A stretch of 64,000 bases of DNA. Origin: Escherichia phage TH09. Shown here one piece after another: positions 54,195 through 64,000 of the stretch. The translations under genes were made by a program, and so were the position numbers. The stretch lies in the sequence record MT446387.1, one strand, 5' to 3'. The notes beneath the pieces were generated by a model. That model was not told where the DNA came from. It made no database searches and saw only the letters and a program-made list of their open reading frames with translations. The first letter of the stretch is position 1, and each line of letters starts with the position of its first letter.

Positions 54195-55004
54195 TTAGAA
54201 ACGAGATGCGACTTTCGCATATACACTTACAATATCTTCTGCACCTTGTGCAGATTTATCTTCTACAGCTTCAGTGACGAAATTCAGTCCGGCTGCTTCA
54301 GTATCAGGAGTATTTATACTCTCAGTAATAGTGCTTTCATCTTTATTAGATTTCTTCACCATTTCTACGATTGCACTCAATTTACTTGAGAATGCATCTG
54401 AATAATCCATACCTTCGACCAGAGCAGAGACTTTTTCTTTTTGAGACTCAGTCAGATCTTTAGTACTTTCGCTCAATGCCACTTCACGCTGCACATAATT
54501 GATATATGCGTCACGCTTATTGAGTTCTTCGAACAGACGAGCTGATTCTTCTTTATGTTCTTGCAGTTCTTCTTCCATTTCAGCTACAACATCAACTGAT
54601 TCTTCTGGAACAACAACGTTGTGTTCAACGAAGAGCTCTTTCAATCCACCAAGCATGGATTCAAACAGTTCGGCTTTGATGCCTTTATCTACTGCTAATT
54701 TATTTTCAGTGAGCCATTCTTTTGCAAGATGGTCAAGGAATTTAGAAGCTTGCTCAGCGATTTTCTTCTCAGCTTTTTCTTCTGCTTCTTCTTTATTTTT
54801 TTCTACTTCTTCTTCTGCTTTTTCAGCAATTTTAGCGATATGAGATTCAGCTAATTTAACGGCGTGCTGCTTGACGGTAGCTTCGAATACAGTGCCGAAA
54901 GTTTCTTTTGCTTCCGGAGAAATATTAACTGATTCGAAAATACTATCAAGAGCAACGGAAGCATCAATTTTCTGCGCTTCGGCAATCAGTTGTTCTTTAA
55001 GCAT
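54195..55004 (-). CDS. 22: Prohead core scaffold protein gp22 (269 aa)
   Basis: 269 aa; highly charged coiled-coil composition; synteny. Confidence 0.9.
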   Translation of the reverse strand: MLKEQLIAEAQKIDASVALDSIFESVNISPEAKETFGTVFEATVKQHAVKLAESHIAKIAEKAEEEVEKNKEEAEEKAEKKIAEQASKFLDHLAKEWLTENKLAVDKGIKAELFESMLGGLKELFVEHNVVVPEESVDVVAEMEEELQEHKEESARLFEELNKRDAYINYVQREVALSESTKDLTESQKEKVSALVEGMDYSDAFSSKLSAIVEMVKKSNKDESTITESINTPDTEAAGLNFVTEAVEDKSAQGAEDIVSVYAKVASRF

Positions 55005-55034
55005 TTTGTAGTCCTGTTGTTTAGATAATAATAT

Positions 55035-55673
55035 TTATAACGCTTTTTTCATGGCCTCTGCGAGAGCCATATAGGCGTCATCGGCACTTGTATCGGCTTC
55101 CGCCGTCTGTGATTCGGTAATTTCCTTAGGAGTTACCCATGCATCTGGAGCACTTGGACCCCATACTGCATCAACACCTACAGTTAATTTGAATCCTTCG
55201 TTTACGATACGATAACCTTTATTTGTGTCAGTCAATGAACCTAATCCACGAGAAGAAACTCCTGGAATCCATCCGGCACGAATATTAGCTGCTAATTTAT
55301 CTCCAGGACCATGGTCACCTTCAATAACACGAGCTCGTCCGTATACGTCATTTCCTTTCCACCACATATCTTCTATAATGATAGCGGCTTGCATCGGGTC
55401 AACATTAGCGCGTGGAGGATGATTTAATTCTCCGAGAGCTTGTTTAGTTAAAACTTGCTCATTAATATAGTCTTTTACCGCTTTTTCTAATATACGTTTT
55501 GGATAAAGACGTTTATTTCTATTGACGACTTCCGCTTGCATGAATATTCCTTCGATGTATAAACCAGGTTTTAAACCTAAGTCTTTTCCATCATGAGATT
55601 CAAGCATTGGTACGCCATCAATAATTTCGCCAGGTTGACCCCAAGTTTCAATTAGTAATTGGGGTTCATTCAT
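55035..55673 (-). CDS. 21: Prohead protease gp21 (212 aa)
   Basis: 212 aa as T4 gp21; synteny. Confidence 0.9.
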   Translation of the reverse strand: MNEPQLLIETWGQPGEIIDGVPMLESHDGKDLGLKPGLYIEGIFMQAEVVNRNKRLYPKRILEKAVKDYINEQVLTKQALGELNHPPRANVDPMQAAIIIEDMWWKGNDVYGRARVIEGDHGPGDKLAANIRAGWIPGVSSRGLGSLTDTNKGYRIVNEGFKLTVGVDAVWGPSAPDAWVTPKEITESQTAEADTSADDAYMALAEAMKKAL

Positions 55674-56098
55674 TAGCTTAATCCTAATGCTTTACGGCGT
55701 TTAAGAGCTTTTTTACGCTTACGCTGAGCACGAGATTGACCTGCTGGATTGGCAATCTTCGTTTTGGTAGCTTTACGAGCAATTTGTCTACGTTTTGCTT
55801 TAGACAACCCGGTAGTTTGAAATGCATTACGTTCGCGGGTTTTGCGATCTTTAGTGCGAGTAATTTCACCACGGGCAGAAACATGTTTAACGATAAATTC
55901 ATTTAACGGCATATTTTCATTAATAGAAGCTAATGCAACCGCTAAATCAGTTTCATCATCAAGCATATTCTCGACAATTGTATTTATATCGTCTTTATTT
56001 AAAGCAGAAGACAATTCGTCAAAGCGACCCTGTGCTTCAGGAATAAGTGCTTCGACATTCTCGAGAACTAATTCATGAGTTTCAGGGATCAGAAGCAT
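55673..56098 (-). CDS. 68: Prohead core protein gp68 (141 aa)
   Basis: 141 aa; basic C-terminus; synteny. Confidence 0.8.
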
Positions 56099-56336
56099 TA
56101 TTCATCATCCTCGTCTTCGTCAGAGTCTTTGTCTTTTTTGTCGTCTTTATCATCACTATCTTCGTCTTCGTCATCATCCTCGTCATCAGGTTCTTCACCT
56201 TCGATTAAGAAATTACGAGCGATAGCGATTTTTTCTTCTTTAATTAAATCAGTCGTTCTTGCAGCCATGGCTTCAACAAATAATTTACGAGCGGCTACGA
56301 GGTCGTTTGATTTAATAGCTTCAATTAAACCTTCCA

Positions 56337-56337
<1 letters not shown>
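56098..56337 (-). CDS. 67: Prohead core protein gp67 (79 aa)
   Basis: Small protein with poly-acidic tail [29 protein letters not shown]. Confidence 0.8.
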
Positions 56338-57962
<1,625 letters not shown>

Positions 57963-57994
57963 TTAAGCAGGATGGGGATTTCTCCCCATTCATT

Positions 57995-58486
57995 TTATTC
58001 CCAATAATCGAGAGCAAGAGTTACTTCAAAGGTTTGGATTTCATTGTTTGAATCCCAATCTAATTGAAGTTCACCCACGTTAGTAGGCCACAGACCTTTA
58101 ATTTCAATTTCTTTTGTTACTGTTTTAGCGTCACGAGCATATTGACGAACGATAGCGCTCTTTTTATACTCTGCAGGTTTTCCACCAGTAATTTCGTTTC
58201 CTTGCCCCGCAGCAATGCTTTGCCAATCAACGAACTTCTGGCGAGCATCATGAGCTTCATCGTTCATTACTGTAACAGTCCAGTCATCGAATGTACGATC
58301 GCCTGCTACGTTAATTTTACGGTTCATAAATCCGACTGGAATTTTTTCTACAATACCAGCTGGTAAAGCAGTGGCTTTACATTGAAACGTAAAATTTTGT
58401 CCAAGATAAGAAATTTCTACTTGGAATAAGTTAGGTCGAGCAAAATCACCAGATTCAAACGCTCGTGTTACATCATCTACAAACAT
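57995..58486 (-). CDS. 19: Tail tube protein gp19 (163 aa)
   Basis: 163 aa as T4 gp19. Confidence 0.9.
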   Translation of the reverse strand: MFVDDVTRAFESGDFARPNLFQVEISYLGQNFTFQCKATALPAGIVEKIPVGFMNRKINVAGDRTFDDWTVTVMNDEAHDARQKFVDWQSIAAGQGNEITGGKPAEYKKSAIVRQYARDAKTVTKEIEIKGLWPTNVGELQLDWDSNNEIQTFEVTLALDYWE

Positions 58487-58500
58487 ATTAGCCTCTGTAG

Positions 58501-58508
58501 TATTTATA
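58501..58508 (-). promoter_or_regulatory. Late promoter TATAAATA for gene 19 (second copy at 58560-58567)
   Basis: Two plus tatttata motifs in the 18-19 intergenic region; hairpin GGCCUG-n6-CAGGCC at 58569-58586 follows the gene 18 stop. Confidence 0.6.
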
Positions 58509-58602
58509 TCCCTATGTTTAACCTAGGGCATATAGAATTAAAGAATTAAGGATATAGTGTATTTATATGGCCTGCCGAAACAGGCCTTTAGAATGCACCG
58601 TA

Positions 58603-60582
58603 TTAACCTGCAAGACCAGTTAACTCATCGAAATCTGCACCAGTAGCAGTTGCGACGAAATTCAAAGTAATATAATTTATACTGCGCGCCGGTTGAATGT
58701 AGAATGTTGCAACAAACTCATTTCTATCAATTACTGACGGAGTGTTATTTGTTGTATCGCAAACTACACGATATTCATAAATTCCACCGAGAGCTTTAAT
58801 TCCCTGTAAGTACTGGGAAGTTTCTGTGCGGAACGATGAACGAGTAAACGCGTTGTTTAATTCGAACAAACGATATTTTGAACTACGTCCGATATTCGTT
58901 TTTAACATATTAAACAGACGACGAACGTTAATACGATCAAATGGAGAAGGAACAGAAGTAGCTGTTTTATCACCATACAATACGTAACCATCACCACCTG
59001 TACCAGTTACTGGGTTGATAGCTTCTTGGTATAAACGGTCGCGCTGCGCCTGGCGAGTTTCAATAGCAAGTTTAATAACGTTAAGAATCTGACCACGATT
59101 ATAACCAGCTGGAGACATCCAAGTCTGAGAAACGTTATCTGTTCTCGCGCATAAACCAGCAATATCAGCTGCTAATGGAACCCAACGATTCACATCATTA
59201 TATTTGTCATACTGATACTTGTAGTTACCATCGATTGCTGCATAGGTTGAACTGATATTAAAGTTGTTATCAGTGTATGAACCTGCCGCAGTTCTCCAGT
59301 TAACTAAATTATCTACTGCGCGAGTTACAGGAATTCCAACTACAGTTTCACGTGGTGGTGAGCACAATACTAAGCAATCTTGACGAGCATCCCCAATTGA
59401 AACGACGTGTTTTTGGACAGTAGATGCTGTTTCTAAAGATTCACCGGCACAAGAACCCGCAATAAACAGTTGAACATCTACAGATTCACGGTCAGCAAAG
59501 AAGTCCCAAGCTTCCATCAAATCTCCTGCTGTTACTTCAGCATTTGATGATAATCCACCAGAAAGAGTTAAAATTCCAGAGAAGCCTTCTGGCCAGTTTT
59601 GTGCAGTTGCAAAAATATATTCTGAACCACCTTTTGCGAAAAAGTCATCGATATAGATGTTACTATCGTAAATATCTTTTTCACCACGCTTCGTTGAAAG
59701 AACAACGCTTTGAACAATAGCATCATTGCGACGAACTATAATAGCGTATTGTGAATCAGTTTGTGGTCCATATCCAAACACTGCTTTGGCAGTAGATGCG
59801 CGTGTTCCGCCACCTGGATAAATTGGGAGTAATGCAGAAGCACCTTTTGCGTAGTCAGCTTTAGATACGATTTCAATTTCGATTTTATCGCCCAACTCGC
59901 CTGGATAAAGAGCTACTACTCCTGGAATTCCATATTTTTCGAGATTTGCTTGAAAGTCAACAGCTGTCATAGCAGCTTCGGCATTTTCAATTTCAGCTAA
60001 TAAAATACCAGAATCAGTAATAATTTTTCCAAGAGTTATTACTGCAGCTAAACCAGAGGAAGACGAAGAAATTTCCGCAGTCCAGTTAGAACCTAATGCT
60101 GGGTATTCACCGACTTCTTTCGCTTTAGCGATAATTTTTGCGGTAGGAATATTAATTTTCTTAATTTTTCCATCAGCATCTACTTCAGTAATTTTACCTT
60201 CTGTTTCAACATCTTCTGAAACATACTTAACAGTGATTTTATCTCCAACCGCGTAGTTACTACCTGGGGTAGAAATAGTGTATTCAATATTACCGGCAAT
60301 CGGAGATGAGTTTTTAGCGGTATCTCTATCGACAGCACGCACAACTCGCAAATCATTTCCGTATTGTAAGAAATTCATTGCAGACATAAAATAGTCAGCA
60401 GTTTCAGCTGTAGGTTGACCAAAAGTATTAACTAAATCTACTTCATTTGTAACCTGTTTAATTTGAAAAGCAGGACCCCACTGGAATTTACCGGCCAAAG
60501 CTGCTGTACCAGTAGAGTTATTAACCACGGTGCTTTGAACCGTAGTTTCTTTGAGCTCAATGCCCGGAGATAATAAAGTCAT
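58603..60582 (-). CDS. 18: Tail sheath protein gp18 (659 aa)
   Basis: 659 aa as T4 gp18. Confidence 0.93.
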   Translation of the reverse strand: MTLLSPGIELKETTVQSTVVNNSTGTAALAGKFQWGPAFQIKQVTNEVDLVNTFGQPTAETADYFMSAMNFLQYGNDLRVVRAVDRDTAKNSSPIAGNIEYTISTPGSNYAVGDKITVKYVSEDVETEGKITEVDADGKIKKINIPTAKIIAKAKEVGEYPALGSNWTAEISSSSSGLAAVITLGKIITDSGILLAEIENAEAAMTAVDFQANLEKYGIPGVVALYPGELGDKIEIEIVSKADYAKGASALLPIYPGGGTRASTAKAVFGYGPQTDSQYAIIVRRNDAIVQSVVLSTKRGEKDIYDSNIYIDDFFAKGGSEYIFATAQNWPEGFSGILTLSGGLSSNAEVTAGDLMEAWDFFADRESVDVQLFIAGSCAGESLETASTVQKHVVSIGDARQDCLVLCSPPRETVVGIPVTRAVDNLVNWRTAAGSYTDNNFNISSTYAAIDGNYKYQYDKYNDVNRWVPLAADIAGLCARTDNVSQTWMSPAGYNRGQILNVIKLAIETRQAQRDRLYQEAINPVTGTGGDGYVLYGDKTATSVPSPFDRINVRRLFNMLKTNIGRSSKYRLFELNNAFTRSSFRTETSQYLQGIKALGGIYEYRVVCDTTNNTPSVIDRNEFVATFYIQPARSINYITLNFVATATGADFDELTGLAG

Positions 60583-60610
60583 TTTTAATCCTCTTTAATA
60601 TGCTTTAATA

Positions 60611-63751
<3,141 letters not shown>

Positions 63752-63792
63752 GATTTCTCCTAATCTGGGCTTTAATTAGTTTATAATATTTA

Positions 63793-64000
<208 letters not shown>

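Overview
This window reads as a T4-like (Tevenvirinae) myovirus genome segment, in reverse orientation relative to the standard T4 map. All identifications are from reading the sequence and the ORF track against recalled T4 protein sequences and lengths; no database search was run. Layout: (1) 1-8533, minus strand, long tail fibre genes 37 (N-terminal part, runs off the window), 36, 35, 34; (2) 8638-37406, plus strand, a long early/middle block: rnh, dsbA, 33, 59, 32, frd, td, nrdA, nrdB, denA, rnlA, alc, spanin pair, pseT, cd, 31, rIII, DNA ligase 30, two tandem Alt-like ADP-ribosyltransferase genes, with about 35 small ORFs of unknown function interleaved; (3) 37435-43674, minus strand, baseplate genes 54, 48, 29, 28, 27, 51; (4) 43725-51215, mixed strands: 26, 25, uvsY, uvsW/uvsW.1, inh, hoc, rnlB; (5) 51244-64000, minus strand, head, tail and packaging genes 24, 23, 22, 21, 68, 67, 20, 19, 18, 17, 16, 15 and the end of 14. 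The ORF track reports the longest ORF including TTG/GTG starts, so several starts were moved to the ATG that has a Shine-Dalgarno and matches the T4 protein length. This is not reference T4: td and nrdB are uninterrupted, and no homing-endonuclease ORFs sit at the positions I recall for T4 mobE, segD or segE. I found no complete, clearly novel multi-gene system. The most notable items are a Hoc carrying an extra tandemly duplicated domain, two tandem Alt-like genes, a recurring early-promoter cassette with a built-in inverted repeat (one copy duplicated perfectly 15.7 kb apart), a YbiA/NADAR-like ORF next to a HAD phosphatase, and an extra ORF between frd and td. Regulatory coordinates were counted by hand and may be off by 1-2 nt.
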